Shown here one piece after another: positions 11,588-27,339 of a stretch of DNA of 64,000 nt. Position 1 is the stretch's first letter; every line of letters begins with the position of its first letter. The notes below the pieces were generated by a model that was not told the origin of the DNA, searched no databases, and saw only the letters and a list, made by a program, of their open reading frames with translations. The position numbers were made by a program, and so were the translations under genes. The stretch lies in assembly GCF_009914755.1 (NCBI RefSeq), contig NC_060930.1; one strand, 5' to 3'. Source of the stretch: the human T2T-CHM13v2.0 reference genome, Homo sapiens.

Positions 11588-13196
11588 AGATTCCATTCGT
11601 CTATTTTGGCTTTTGTTGCCACTGCTTTTGGTGTTTTAGTCATGAAGCCCTTGCCCATGCCTATGTCCTGAATGGTGTTGCCTAGGTTTTCTTCTAGAGT
11701 TTTTATGGTTTTAGGTCTAACATTTAAGTCTTTAATCCATCTTGAATTAATTTTTGTATAAGGTATAAGGAAGGGATCCAGTTTCAGCTTCCTACATATG
11801 GCTAGCCAGTTTTCTCATCACTATTTATTAAATAGGGAATCCTTTCCTCATTTCTTGTTTTTGTCAGGTTTGTCAAAGATCGGATGGTTGTAGATGTGTG
11901 GTGTTATTTCTGAGGCCTCTGTTCTGTTTCGTTGGTCTATATCTCTGTTTTTGTACCAGTAGCATGCTGTTTTGGTTACTGCAGCCTCATAGTGTAGTTG
12001 GAAGTCAGGTAGTGTGATGCCTCCAGCTTTGTTTTTTTTGCTTAGGATTGTCTTGGCAATGCTGGCTCTTTTTGGTTCCATATGAACTTTAAAGTAGTTT
12101 TTTTCAATTCTGTGAAGAAAGTCCTCAGTAGCTTGATGGGGATGGCATTGAATCTATAAATTATCTTGGGCAGTATGGCCATTTTCACAATATTGAGTCT
12201 TCCTATCCATGAGCATGGAATGTTCTTCCATTTGTTTGTGTCCTCTTTTATTTTGTTGAGCTGTGGTTTGTAGTTCTCCTTGAAGAGGTCTTTCACATCC
12301 TTTGTAAGTTGTATTCCTAGGTATTTTGCTCTCTTTTTAGCAATTGTGAATGGAAATTCACTCATGATTTGGATCTCTGATTGTCTGTTATTTGTGTATA
12401 GGAATGCTGGTGATTTGTTCACATTGATTTTGTATCTTGAGACTTTGCTGAAGTTGCTTATCAGCTTAAGGAGATTTTGGGCTGAGACGATGGGGTTTTC
12501 TAAATATACAATCATGTCATCTGCCAACAGGGACAATTTGACTTCCTCTTTTCCTAACTGAATACCCTTTATTTCTTTCTCTTGCCTGATTTCCCTGGAC
12601 AGAACTTCCAACACTATGTGGAATAGGAGTGGTGAGAGAGGGCATCCCTGTCTTATGCCAGTTTTCAAAGGGAATGCTTCCAGTTTTTGCCCATTCAGTA
12701 TGATATTGGCTGTGGGTTTGTCATAAATAGCTTTTATTATTCTGAGAAATGTTCCATCAATGTCTATTTATTGAGAGCTTTTAGCATGAAGGGCTGTTGA
12801 ATTTGGTCAAAGGCCTTTTTTGCATCTATTGAGATAATCATGTGGTTTTTGTCATTGGTTCTGTTTATGTGATGGATTACATTTATTGATTTGCGTATGT
12901 TGAACCAGCCTTGCATCCCAGGGATGAAGCCAACTTGATCTTGGTGGATAAGCTTTTCGATGTGCTGCTGGATTCGGTTTGCCAGTATTTTACTGAGGAT
13001 TTTCGCATTGATGTTCATCAGGTATATTGGTCAAAAATTCTCTTTTTTTGTTGTGTCTCTGCCAGACTTTGGTATCAGGATGATGTTGGCCTAATAAAAT
13101 GAGTTAGGGAGGATTCCCTCTTTTTCTATTGATTGGAATAGTTTCAGAAGGAATGGTACCAGCTCATCTTTGTACTTCTCTTAAAATTCAGCTGTG

Positions 13197-13503
<307 letters not shown>

Positions 13504-13634
13504 TCAGCTGTGAATCAGTCTGTTACTGGACTTTTTTTGGTTGGTAGGCTATTAATTATTGCCTCAATTTCAGAGCCTGTTATTGGTCTATTCAGGGATT
13601 GAACTTCTTCCTGGTTTAGTCTTGGGGGGGTTTA

Positions 13635-14679
<1,045 letters not shown>

Positions 14680-16943
14680 CTACTGGGTAAATAACGAAAT
14701 GAAGGCAGAAATAAAAATGATCTTTGAAACCAATGAGAATAAAGACGCAATGTACCGGAATCTCTGGGACACATTCAAAGTAGTGTGTAGAGGGAAATTT
14801 ATAGCACTAAATGCCCACAAGAGAAAGCAGGAAAGATCTAAAATCGACACCTTAAATTTGGATTTTTTCTAAAATTCCTATAATGAAAAACCGAAGCAAA
14901 TTTGATAAGTCATGCATTTATCATTACTTTGCTTTCCGAAACTTTTATTTTAAAAACACTTAAGGAACAAACCACATAATTAACATTATCTAAAATGACA
15001 ATAAGACTGGAACTTAAATATTGGACTAATGTGTATTCGGAAATTTGAAATATTTTCCAGGAAAAATATTTTAAAGTTTTAATCACTGAGTAGCTTTTTG
15101 GCTATGATAAAGATGCAAGTTCTTTAATTCAACCTAAGTAAATCCACAGGACAATGTGGTACAATCCCTTTCTTATTCCAACTTTATATTATCACTGTGC
15201 CAAATATTGCTGGAGGGTGGAGGTAAAGGATTAAACATTAGCAACTTACATGACAATGGTTCTTTCCCATGACACGTCTTTCATTTATTTTACAACATCT
15301 GATTCCAAATTAAGCTTTTTTCCCTAAAACATGTACTCCATATTCTTCTGTGTCTTTTCCCAATGATACAGGACAATATTAAGCAAATATATATCTTCTG
15401 GGGCTTATTATAAATTCAGCATATTGAAAGTGAAATTTAATCTTGAGTTATCTGCAAGGCTAAGGCAGAAAAAGAGTAAAAAAAAGTTGAGCACTCAAAG
15501 AGCAGATCTTTCAATATGCCAATACTGCTCTCGGTAATAAAAGTTCTTGTCGATTAGATGCATATGAAAATACAGAGCAAACGTGGTTCCAGATTAAATG
15601 CTTTTAAAGGATGAATAATTTTTTCATGTAAAAAATGAAGGACCCCAGGAAATGTTGCTAAGGGAGAATTGCTACCGCTTCCCCAATATCCCCAAAGAAA
15701 GAGAATGTGCTTTCAAATAATTCTTGATGCCACAGCGGCCCCTCTTTCACTGCCCAGCTCTTAATTCAATTTACTTGTTTTTTAGTTGGGTCAAGTCGGA
15801 AAAAGACAGACAGATAGATGCGTCTTCAGTTTCAATGTAATACATTTACCTGATCTAAGAAAAAATTTCAAAATTGATTTTCCCCATGCTTTTGAGGTCA
15901 GATAAATTTTCTACATTCTAGAATTCACGAAGAGGTCAAGTCATTGATTCCTGTGAAAATTAAACAGGTAAGTAGCCTGTTTAAGCAATTAGAACAAATA
16001 AAGTATCTTTTTTCTAACCTTGACACAATTGCATTTCTTTTGTTTCTGGTTTATTTGTTTGAAATTATTTTAAAATTATTTTATAATTGTTAAATTAATT
16101 ATCTCCATCATCTATGATTCATCAAATGCCTAAAAGATAGGAGAAAAATCAAGATTACTTTGTAAGTACCAGCAACTTTGTCCATATGCTATATTAATTC
16201 ACTAAGTCCAATGCATCTTTTTTTTCAAAGAGATACCTGAAAATGAATACTCCAAGTTTGTATATTATCTTTTTAACACAAGACTTTACATTTGCCCTAC
16301 ATTAACTTACTTTAGGGAGTATAATTAGCTTATGTAGACACCTGGCAAACTATTGACATTGTGTTGAAATGACTATATTGTAAGACCAAGATTCTCTAGT
16401 TTCATTTTCTTAAATTGCCATGAGGCTTCTAATTGTCAGGAGCAATTTCTGCATGAAAGATAAAAATTATGGAGCAAAGAAAATGAGATTCTAAGATAAT
16501 TATTTTAAAGATGCAAATATAAACTTCTTTCTTTTAAAAATTATTTACTGAATGCTAAGTTGATACAAAGTATTTAAGTGTGTTTGTGTGTGTGTGTCTG
16601 TAGATAATATGACAAAATTTCACAAAAAGCCATCAACCCATCACCCAGTTTAAGAAAAAAAAAATTACCATTACCTTTTATATGGCTTCTGTGCCCCTCT
16701 CCATACTGATACTCTTATCTTAATCCTCTAAGTATGCATATTTCTGAATTTTGTGAGAAACATTCTTGTGCTTTTCCCTAGGGTTATATCATCCATCTGT
16801 GTATTCATTAATATACACTATTTACTTGTGCATAGTTTTTTTACTTCATATAAATGTAATCACACTTCTTACAGTATTCAGTGACAGCCCTTTTGTGCTC
16901 AACATTATAAACAAAGTTTCACCCTGTTGTTTCTTGTAGTTGA

Positions 16944-17273
<330 letters not shown>

Positions 17274-17815
17274 AATTAATATATTTTTTATATTGAATAC
17301 TAACCTATTGTGTGAATATGCCATAGTTATTTCTCCATTTTACTGATGACCACTTGTATTTTTAGTTTTGTTTTGCTATTAAAAGTTTTGCTATGAACAC
17401 TTTATTCTTGTCTTCTTGTTCTTGTGTGAAAGTTTTCTTAGGTATATATTTAGGAATGGAACTGCTGGGTTTAGGGTTTTCCCATCTTCACATTTATTAG
17501 GTAATATTCTATTACTTTTCCAAAGTGTTTGTACTACTTTACATCCTATGAGTATCATGTAAGAGTTTGTTATTGCTCTACTTTTTTCCAACATTTGATA
17601 TATTCAAGTGTAATATTTTTGCAAATCTAGTGGTAGTGAAATTATATCTAATTGCAGGCTTATTTTGCATATTCCTAATTCTTAATTATTAAATTGCATA
17701 TATTTTTGTAGGCTTATATATCATTTGTGTTTCATCTTGAGTGAAAAGACTAAAGGTTTTTTTCTCCCAGGTTGTTTAACTTTTATTGATTTGTAAGGAC
17801 TCTACCTGCTAATAT

Positions 17816-18120
<305 letters not shown>

Positions 18121-18486
18121 TAGGTTGCAAGCATCTTGTCAGTTTATTTTTTATATTTAGCTGTATGGTTTCTTCAGATGAAAAAAATTTCTTAAGGCTA
18201 ATGAAGTACATTTTATCAATTTTTTTCCAATGGTGTTTTGTGTCTTGCAAATATATTCTTACTTAGAGACATAAATTTTACATTATATTCTAAGAGTTTT
18301 ATAAGTTTTTCCTCTTGTATAAATTTTAATCTGCTTGTTTATATATTTTTATGTATGGTATGAGGTAATAATCTCTTTTGCATTCCCATGTAATTAATCA
18401 TTTCTCCAAGGATGAACATTGACCAAGAAGGTCAGAAAAACCTGAATTTTTCCACCCTTCTTTTCCATGCTTGCTTTATTTATTTG

Positions 18487-20776
18487 TGATATGGTTGGCT
18501 ATGTCCCTCTCAAATCTCATCTTGAAATATAGTTCCTATAATCCCCACATGTCATGGGAGAGACCAAGTGGGAGGTAATTGAATCATAGGGGCAGTTACC
18601 TCCATGCTGTTCTCATGATAATGAGTAAGTTCTCATGAGATCCAATGGTTTTATTAGAAGCCTTCTCCCACTTTTGCTGATACTTCTTGCTGCTGCCGTG
18701 TGAACAAGGATATATTTGCTTCCCCTTCCACCATGATTGTAAGTTTTCTGAGGCCTTTCCAGCCTTGTGGAACTGCGAATTAATTAAACCTCTTTCTTTT
18801 ATAAATTACCCAGTCTTGGGTATGTCCTTATAGCAGCAGTGTGAGAACAGGCTAATACAGTAAATTTGTACTGGGTAATGGTACACTGCTACAAAGATAC
18901 CTGAAAATGTGGAAGCAACTTTGGAACTGGGTCACAAGCAAAGATTGAAACAGTTTGGAGGGCTTAGAAGAAGACAGGAAGATGTGGGAAAGGTTGGAAC
19001 TTCCTAGAGACTTCTTGAATGGTTTTGACCAAAATGCTGATAGTGATATGGACAATGAAGTACAGGTGGAGGTGGTCTCAGATGGAGATGAGGAACTTTT
19101 TGGGACCTGGAATAAAGGTCACTATTACTATGCAAAGAGACTGGTGGCACTTTGCCCCTGCCCTAGACATCTGTGGAACTTTGAACTTGAGAGAGATTAT
19201 ATAGGGTATCTGGGGGAAGAAATTTTTAAGCAGCAAAACATTCAACAGAAAGCAGAGCATAAAAGTTTTGAAAATTTGCAGCCTTATGATGTGATAGAAC
19301 AGAAAACCCCATTTTCTGGGGAGAAATTCAAGCCAGCTACAGAAATGTACATAAGTAATGAGAAGCTAAATGTTAATCACCAAGACAATGGGGAAAATGT
19401 CTCCAGATCATGTCAGAGAACAGCAGCTCCTCTCATCACAGGCCTGGAGGCCTAGGAGGGAAATATGATTGTGTATGCCAGGGCCAGGTCATCCCTGCTC
19501 TATGCACCCTCAGGACATAGTGCCCTGTGTCCCAGCTGCTTCAGCTCCAGCTGTGACTAAAATGGGTAAACGTACAGCTCAAGCTCAGGCCATTGCTACA
19601 GAGGGTGCAAGCCCCATGCCTTGGCAGTTTCCATGTGGTATTGGGCCTGCAGGTGCACAGAAGTCAAGAATTGCAGTTCAGGAAATTCCATCTAGATTTC
19701 AGAGGATGTATGGGAATACCTGGATGTCCAGGCAGAAGTTTGCTGCAAGGATGAGGCCCTCATGGAGAACCTCTGCTAGGGCAGTGTGGAAGGGAAATGT
19801 GAGGTGGGAGCTCCCACACAGAGTCCCCACTGGGGCACTGCCTAGCGTAGCTGTGAGAAGAGGGTCACTGTCCTCCAGAACCCAGAATGGTAGATCTACA
19901 CACAGCTTGCACCGTGCGCCTGGAAAAGCCACAGACACTCAATGCCAGCCTGTGAAAGCAGCTGGAATAGGGGCTGTACCCTACAAAGCCACAGGGGAGG
20001 AGCTGCCAAAGGCCATGGGAGCCCACCTCTTGCATCAGCATGACCTGGATGTGAGACATGGAGTCAAAGGAGATCATTTGGAGCTTTAAAGTTTGACTTC
20101 TCTGCTGGATTTCAGACTTGCATAGTGCCTGTAGCCCCTTCATTTTTGCCAATTTCTCCTATTTGGAATGGGTGGGGTGTATTTATCCAATGCCTGTACC
20201 CTCATTGTATCTGGGAAGCCACTAACTTGCTTTTGATTTTACAGGTTCATAGGCAGAAGGGGCTTGACTTATCTCAGACGAGACTTTGGACTTGGACTTT
20301 TGAGTTAATACTGGAATGAGTTAAGACTTTGAGCTCTGTTGGAAGGGCGATGATTGTGTTTTGAAATGTGAGGACATGAGACTTGAGAGGGGCCACGGAT
20401 GGAATGATATGATTTGTCTGTGTCCCCACCTAAAGCTTATCCTGAATTATAGTTCTCATAATTCCCACATGTTGTGGAAAGGACCCAGTGGGAAGTAATT
20501 GAATCATGAGGGCAGTTACCTCCATGCTATTCTCATGATAGTGAGTTCTCATGAGATCTAATGGTTTTACAAGGTGTTATCCCCCCGTTTTGCTCAGAAC
20601 TTCTCCTTGTTTCTACCACAGAAAGAAGGATGTGTTTGCTTCCCTTTTGATCGTGATTGTAAGTTTCCTGAGGCTCCCCTATCTCTGTGGAACTGTGAGT
20701 TAATTAAACCTCTTTTCTTTATAAATTTCCCAATCTCAGATATGTCTTTAAAGCAGCATGAGAACAGACTAATACA
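18487..20776 (+). mobile_element. Full-length THE1 (THE1C/D-like) MaLR provirus: 5'LTR 18487-18859, internal 18860-20404, 3'LTR 20405-20776
   Basis: Both LTRs run TGATATG...CTAATACA. Perfect 5-bp TSD ATTTG (18482-18486, 20777-20781). Purine tract before the 3'LTR. Confidence 0.95.
18907..20089 (+). pseudogene. MaLR internal ORF remnant
   Basis: MWKQLWNWVTSKD*NSLEGLEEDRKMWERLELPRDFLNGFDQNADSDMDNEVQ is the typical THE1 internal ORF start. Two long open stretches of 166 and 206 codons. Confidence 0.75.
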
Positions 20777-21111
20777 ATTTGCAATATTAATATTATGATA
20801 AATCAAATTTTCACATAAGTATGACTTTTATTTTGAACTCTCTCCTATTGCACTGCACTATTTGTGCATACCTGCAATAACATCATACTCTCTTAATTGC
20901 TATAACAGGTCTGATAATCTGGCATGGTCAGTTCTCTTTCTTTGTATTTAGTTTTCAAGAGTGTCTTGACAGCGTTTGGAATGTCATGTAAATTTTAAAA
21001 CCAGCTTTTCAAATTCCACTAAAAACATGCTTGCTGTGATTTTGATCAGAATTTCATTACTATATATCAGTGTTGAGAGTTGTCACCTTCATGTTTATAT
21101 GTGAACATGCT

Positions 21112-21498
21112 CTCATTAGTCCATTTTTATACTGTTATAAATAACTGCCCAAGACTGGGTAATTTATAAAGAAAAGAGGTTTAATTGATTGACAGTTCCT
21201 CATAGCTTGAGAGGTCTCAGGAAACTTACAATCATGGCAGAAAGTGAAGGGGAATCAAGGTACCTTCTTCACAAGGTGGCAAGATGAGAAGTGCCAAGCA
21301 AAGGGGGGAGAGTCCCTTATAAAACCATCAGATCTCATGAGAACTCACTCATTATCATGAGACTAGCATGGGGGAAACTTCCCCGATAATTCAATTACCT
21401 CCCCCTTTTCTCTCCCTGGACACATGGGAATTAATGGGATTATGACGATTACAATTTAAGATGAGATTTGGGTAAGGACCCAAAGCCTAACTATAACA
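21112..21498 (-). mobile_element. THE1D/MSTA-like solo LTR
   Basis: GACTGGGTAATTTATAAAGAAAAGAGGTTTAATTGA...GGAAACTTACAATCATGGCAGAA...GATGAGATTTGGGT...CTATAACA. Confidence 0.9.
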
Positions 21499-21809
21499 TG
21501 ATGTGAATTTCCATTGATTTATATATTTTTCTATATTTTTAACAATGTTTTAAATTATCTACAAAATATTTTATAAAATGTTTTATTTAAAATTTTCATT
21601 GTTAGAAATAAATGTTATTGTCACAGTTGTCAAAATTTATATTATTGTTACCATATACATTTTTAATTTATAAATTATTAAAGTATTTATTTTAAAAGCC
21701 AAACAATATTCCCAGAAGAAAATCAGTATGTAGGGTAAGTTATAGATATATAGACAGGAAAAAGTTAAAATATAATTTTTAAATGACATCAACAATATAA
21801 TTAATCTAG

Positions 21810-22170
21810 TATCTGTGCCTGGGTTCTCCCAAAATAGAGCCTGAAACATAGACTTATTCTGAAGTAGCTCATTTGGAATACCAAGAATAAAGATTGAGGG
21901 GAAGCAAAAAAGGAAGAAAGAAAGATCCATTACTGAGTTGATCACTATAGGGGTGACTTTGCTGTCAACTGCATGACAAGCCTTACACAATATGCCTCAG
22001 AGCCATCTACTTGGAAGAATAAAGAACACAATTAGCCATCAGCTCCTATCCTCATTGGTCAAGAGTTGCTCCGCTGGAATTAAATGCCCTCTTTGTACAT
22101 CCATGTTGCATATGCAGGGTGGCCAATGGGTTCCTGCGGGCAATCCAATCACTTGGTATCATGTAACATC
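21810..22170 (-). mobile_element. Ancient ERVL LTR (LTR16/LTR33-like)
   Basis: CTGGGTTCTCCCAAAATAGAGCCTGAAAC...AAGTAGCTCATTTGGAA resembles the reverse 3' end of the LTR16/33 families. Family recalled from memory. Confidence 0.5.
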
Positions 22171-22494
22171 TTGTGGAAAAAGTAAACAGTTTTTTTTTCA
22201 AACTGACAATACAATTAATAAAAAACCATCACATAGCACAATCTTTATATTTATCGTCATTTATATTCAGTTTGAATGACACAGGCATCACATAGCCCAA
22301 TGGTTCACTATCCACTTGCCCCTTGACCCAATCTACCACAGGTAAGAATTTTAATAATGGTGATGCCACTGCTTGCAAAGAGTAACTATTAGCCCACTTA
22401 TTAGCTTGGGTCCTTATTGCCATTTAATTTTTAAATAATCCAGTTCTGATCTTATCTTGAGGGTCTTTTTTTAGGATTATTTCTGATGTACACT

Positions 22495-22740
22495 ATCTCA
22501 GTCTTGATTTCCCCAAAAGCAGAGCCTCAGATTAAGTTATATATATGAGTAGTTTATATGGAAATGTGATTCAAGAGAGGAGGATTGACAGAGCAAGTGA
22601 AGCAGGATAAAAAAAGATGAATTGTCAATTTGGCTATAGCAACAGGCCATAAAACAGGCGTTGTGAAGTGCACCTCAGGATCATCCGGCAGGAAAAGGAA
22701 GAGGAAATCATTTGCCCATTGGCTTCTATTTTCTATTGAT
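22495..22740 (-). mobile_element. Second ancient ERVL LTR fragment (LTR16/LTR33-like)
   Basis: TTCCCCAAAAGCAGAGCCTCAGA...GAGTAGTTTATATGGAAATGTGATTC. Confidence 0.45.
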
Positions 22741-23114
22741 GACTAGAATATAAATTCCAAGATAGCACAGAAAGATTTATATCCATTTTATTCACTAGTA
22801 CATACCCAGTATGATAGTAGACACTGAGTATTTATGGGAAAAATTCATGAATTTCTTCATAATTATAGCCCATTATTTGCTCAGATATCATATCTGACCC
22901 ATTTTCCCTCTCCTGTGATCCTAGTATTCTAATTATATATAAGCTAGACCTTTCAATCTATCTTTTGTAACTTTTAATAATTCTTTCATATTTATCATAC
23001 TGTCCCTACTACATTCAGAAAAATTTCTTCAGATCTTTTCATTCAATAATGCAATGTATAGTTCTGAATTAATTAAATGTTTTTATTTCAATGATTGTAT
23101 ATTATTAGTCGAAT

Positions 23115-23212
23115 TCTGAAGCTAAGGCAGGAGAATTACTTGAGGCCAGGAGTTCAAGATCAGCCTGGGCAACCTAGTGAGACCTTGTCTCTACAATTTA
23201 AAAAAAAAAAAA
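23115..23212 (+). mobile_element. FLAM/AluJ monomer fragment
   Basis: GCTAAGGCAGGAGAATTACTTGAGGCCAGGAGTTCAAGATCAGCCTGGGCAAC...poly(A). Confidence 0.85.
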
Positions 23213-23645
23213 GGTTAAAAAATAGAAATTAAAAATAAATAAAATGAAATAATTCTGGGTCATTTTTCTTCAAACCTACTTCATTATTTTACAACATTTT
23301 GTGTTTTTACTCATACTTTCAGTGTATTTCCTTAAACCAACTAATTCAAGATATTAAAATATCCAAGATATTCTGTATCTGCTCATTCTAATATTAAGTG
23401 TTACTTCTAAGTAATCTCTCTGCTTTATTCTACTGGCTGGAGTTCATGGAACCTTCTTTCCTTGTGTATTTTGTGATTTCTTCTTTTTACTATGAGTTTA
23501 TAATTCTCATAACACCATTAGTTAAATTAACTTGAATATTTTTGAAGGCAGACTTCAGCATGGAAAATTTGCGTTTGCTTCTGCAAGTACACTGGCAGCA
23601 TAAGTCAGTAGAAACAACTAGCTTTAAACTAAATTAATAGATTTG

Positions 23646-24036
<391 letters not shown>

Positions 24037-24267
24037 CTAAGGTTTTTAATAGGCAGTTTTCTTTCAGATGTTTTCGGGGCATAAGTTTGGTTTGAATTCA
24101 TTCTTATGTTGAGGATCATGCTATTTTGGCTCTGTCTTATACAAGAAAATTTTCAGTTAGACTCCATAACTTTGACCAGCTCTGGACTTCATATTCTATA
24201 CCCCATTTTCTATATATGACCAGAAAAATAAAAGCTCAGGTTCATCTGTTCTACTCCTAACCCCCCG

Positions 24268-24318
24268 CAAAAAAACAAAAACAAAACAAAACAAAACAAA
24301 AAAACAAATTAAAAAAAC
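24268..24318. repeat. (CAAAA)n-type microsatellite
   Basis: caaaaaaacaaaaacaaaacaaaacaaaacaaaaaaac. Confidence 0.85.
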
Positions 24319-24574
24319 AGATTTTGAGTCAGCTTACAACTTCAGGATTCTAAATTCATTTACATTTTTGCTTCTCAATATTCTTTGATTTCTAGTCAGC
24401 TTGTTGATGCATCTAAAGATATTATAACTTTGGTCAGTATTTTTAGATTTTTCAAGGACAGGTTTTGGTGACAGCCTCTAGTTTGGCTCATTCCTGAAAA
24501 TAAAAGACAAATGTGTAATTATTTATAAATTAATTTTAAAATGAAAATGGTAATAATAAAATTACAATGAATTA

Positions 24575-24740
24575 TTTATTGAATACACTCTACATACTTG
24601 GCCTATTGTAGGTCCTTTATATATGCTGTTGTTTTAATTAGTGTCATTATTATCATTAGAAAAGAGGTATTTATGAGGATTCTCAGCTCAGAAAAGTGTG
24701 TAATGAAATGCTCAATATCATACAAGTAAAATGGTAAAAT
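24575..24740 (-). mobile_element. MIR, degenerate
   Basis: TTTATTGAATAC...GCTCAGAAAAGTGTGTAATGAAATGCTCAATATCATACAAGTAAAATGG. Confidence 0.5.
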
Positions 24741-25367
24741 CTGCATTTATAGAAGCTTGATGATAAAAATGTAACAGTAACTGAAGATTTATTCTTTTAG
24801 AAATAATTTATTATTTAAGAATACATTTAAACATTTTCTAGGGAATGCAAATGTATTTAAAGGCCAACAAGAAAGAGCATAGGCCAGTTTTAGATGAACA
24901 TGAGCACATATTACTTTGCTATTGCTGCCCAATTGGCATCCTAATCACTACTAAGCAATTTATGACCCCGGAAATTCAATCACATATCATTTTGCATCAA
25001 TCAACATGACAAGTCTATTATACCCTGACAACTACCTCCTTGACCCTTACTTCCAAAACCAAGTTGAAGTAAACATTCATTTTTCAGTGGATACCAAATT
25101 ATTGTTTAATTTAAGGAAAAGTACTGAATGATGTCCAAAATCATCACAAATGATGTTTCAATGAAAAAAAGTAACAACAAAGTAATAACAAATTAAAAAA
25201 TGAAATTCATAATCAGGTTTTACTATTTTATCCAAATATTAAAATAAAATTGTATAGTAAGTTATCCTTCATAGAGATAAATTCTCTGACATTATAGAAT
25301 TGGCACACATTACCTTTCTAGCATGTAATGTCAATAGAACCAGAAACTCTACAGAAACAACAGCCCT

Positions 25368-25536
25368 TGATATAGTTTGGCTCTGTGTCCCCACCCAAAT
25401 CCCACTTCAAACTGTAATCTCCATGTGTTGGAGCAGGGGCTGGGTGGGAGGTTATTGGATCATAAGGGTAGCCTTCCCCCCTTGCTGTTCTTGTGTTCTC
25501 AAGAGATCTGATGGTTTAAAAGTGTGGCACTTCTCG

Positions 25537-25576
<40 letters not shown>

Positions 25577-25751
25577 CCCCCCTTCTGCTGCCACATAAAA
25601 CATGCCTTGCTTCCCCTCGAACTTCCACCATGATTTTAAGTTTCCTGAAGCCTCACTAGCCATGCAGAACTCTGACTCAATTAAACCTTTTCTTTATTAA
25701 TTACTCAGTCTCAGGTAGTTCTTTATAGCAGTGTGAAAACAGACTAATACA
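25368..25751 (+). mobile_element. MSTA-like solo LTR with internal (CT)n at ~25539-25574
   Basis: TGATATAGTTTGGCTCTGTGTCCCCACCCAAATC ... GACTAATACA. Perfect 5-bp TSD GCCCT (25363-25367, 25752-25756). Confidence 0.92.
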
Positions 25752-27339
25752 GCCCTTTCTTAAAAAAGCATTTGAGGTGCAAAAATCTGTCATAACATTT
25801 CATAACAGGACCATGTGCCTTGTATTCAGAAATTAACTACTTTTATTTAAAACATTATTCTAAGTTTTTTCTCTAACTTCTTATCCTGTATTTAACTAAA
25901 ACTTGAAAATATCCCATAAAAGAGTCATTAAAAGCGTAAAATAATGGCAGATTTTTGGAAGAAAACAAGCAGATAATGTTTTAAAAAGCAGATACACAAA
26001 GCAGTATATTTTAGGAAAAGAACAAAATAACTTAACATTCTCTGAATGTACCAGTAAACTTTTACCATCTCGTCTTACATCACTAAGAATATTTGTAAAT
26101 GAGAATTTATAAATAAGTTCCATTGAAGTGAAAAATTCACAAAGAATGTTCTGATTGATAAATTAAAACAATACTTTGGTATTCATGGCATTGCTGGTCT
26201 TCTTTAATTATAGTAGAAGTGTATGTGAGATAAATATTTCTATTAAAGCTGTCATTTTATCAGTTGCCTTAGAACTACTCTCTAGTTTCATCTACTTAGC
26301 ATCTGCCTGCCTTTTTTAGAAGCAGCATCTCCTTTATGGAAGCACTGCTTCTTTTTTCCACTCCAAACTTCAGCACTGTTACATGGCTTTGACCCACAAA
26401 ACACTGATTGCTTTGGAGGGGTCATCTGATCTTATGAGTCAATAACATTCTTCCTTGGATTTTTGAACTTTGGTCCAAAAAGAATAATAGATGCATCTTT
26501 TTTCCAGATGATAGTCATAAGATATAAAATGTTGGCACTTTCAGTTGTCATGTTTTCTACTATGTGCAGGAAGCCAATTGTTGGTAAGAGAGGAGTATTT
26601 AGTAGAAGAAGGTAAGTCAATCCCTGATAAATTATAAATTTTCTCCTTTTTGTGCTTCTTTTAAATCTTGCAATTTCATTGTTCTGTTTTAATAGAGTTC
26701 TAACAGATTTTGCGTATAGCTTTTTAAAATCTTATCCTGAAAAGAATAATGTCTTATAAAACAAAATAGTCATGTCTCTTCATAATTGCTGGACGCAATA
26801 CTGGCAAGAAGCAAAAAGTGGTAAAATCAATATCATGAGAATTGCTATTAAGCATGTTGAATTGTCCACATGCTGTTAATGCCTTTCTTCTCTAAGCCTC
26901 ACTAAAAGGAATATTAAAAATATTAAAGGCATAAATACCTGAAAACAAAGAGAAAAAAAGAGAAGATACCAGCAGACAATAGATTTTAATTATCTTTGAA
27001 AAATAGTGATGGTGAAGTGATTAATCAGCAGAGACCATTTTCTATAACTCAAAGGCACATAAGTTTCCAGATTGAAAATGTCCATCAAATGCTGAGTATA
27101 ATGAATGAAACACACACACACACATACACATATGCAAATATACACCCTTAAAGCACATTATCATGTTTCAAACATTATAATTAAGAGAATATCTAAAACT
27201 ATCAAAGTTAAATTCAAAGGAATGTGAATAACTTCTCAATAGCAAAATTGAATATTATAGGTTGATAGTGACACATAATTGAAAATCCAAAATAATATTA
27301 TTTTTAAACATAAAATTCTACGCTAATCCAACAATCAAT

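Noticed and set aside
11239-13018. RT-containing ORFs as a functional L1
   Set aside because: ORF2 is fragmented, interrupted by AluYa5 and 5'-inverted, with no ORF1 or promoter; the RT motif reads LADD rather than FADD.
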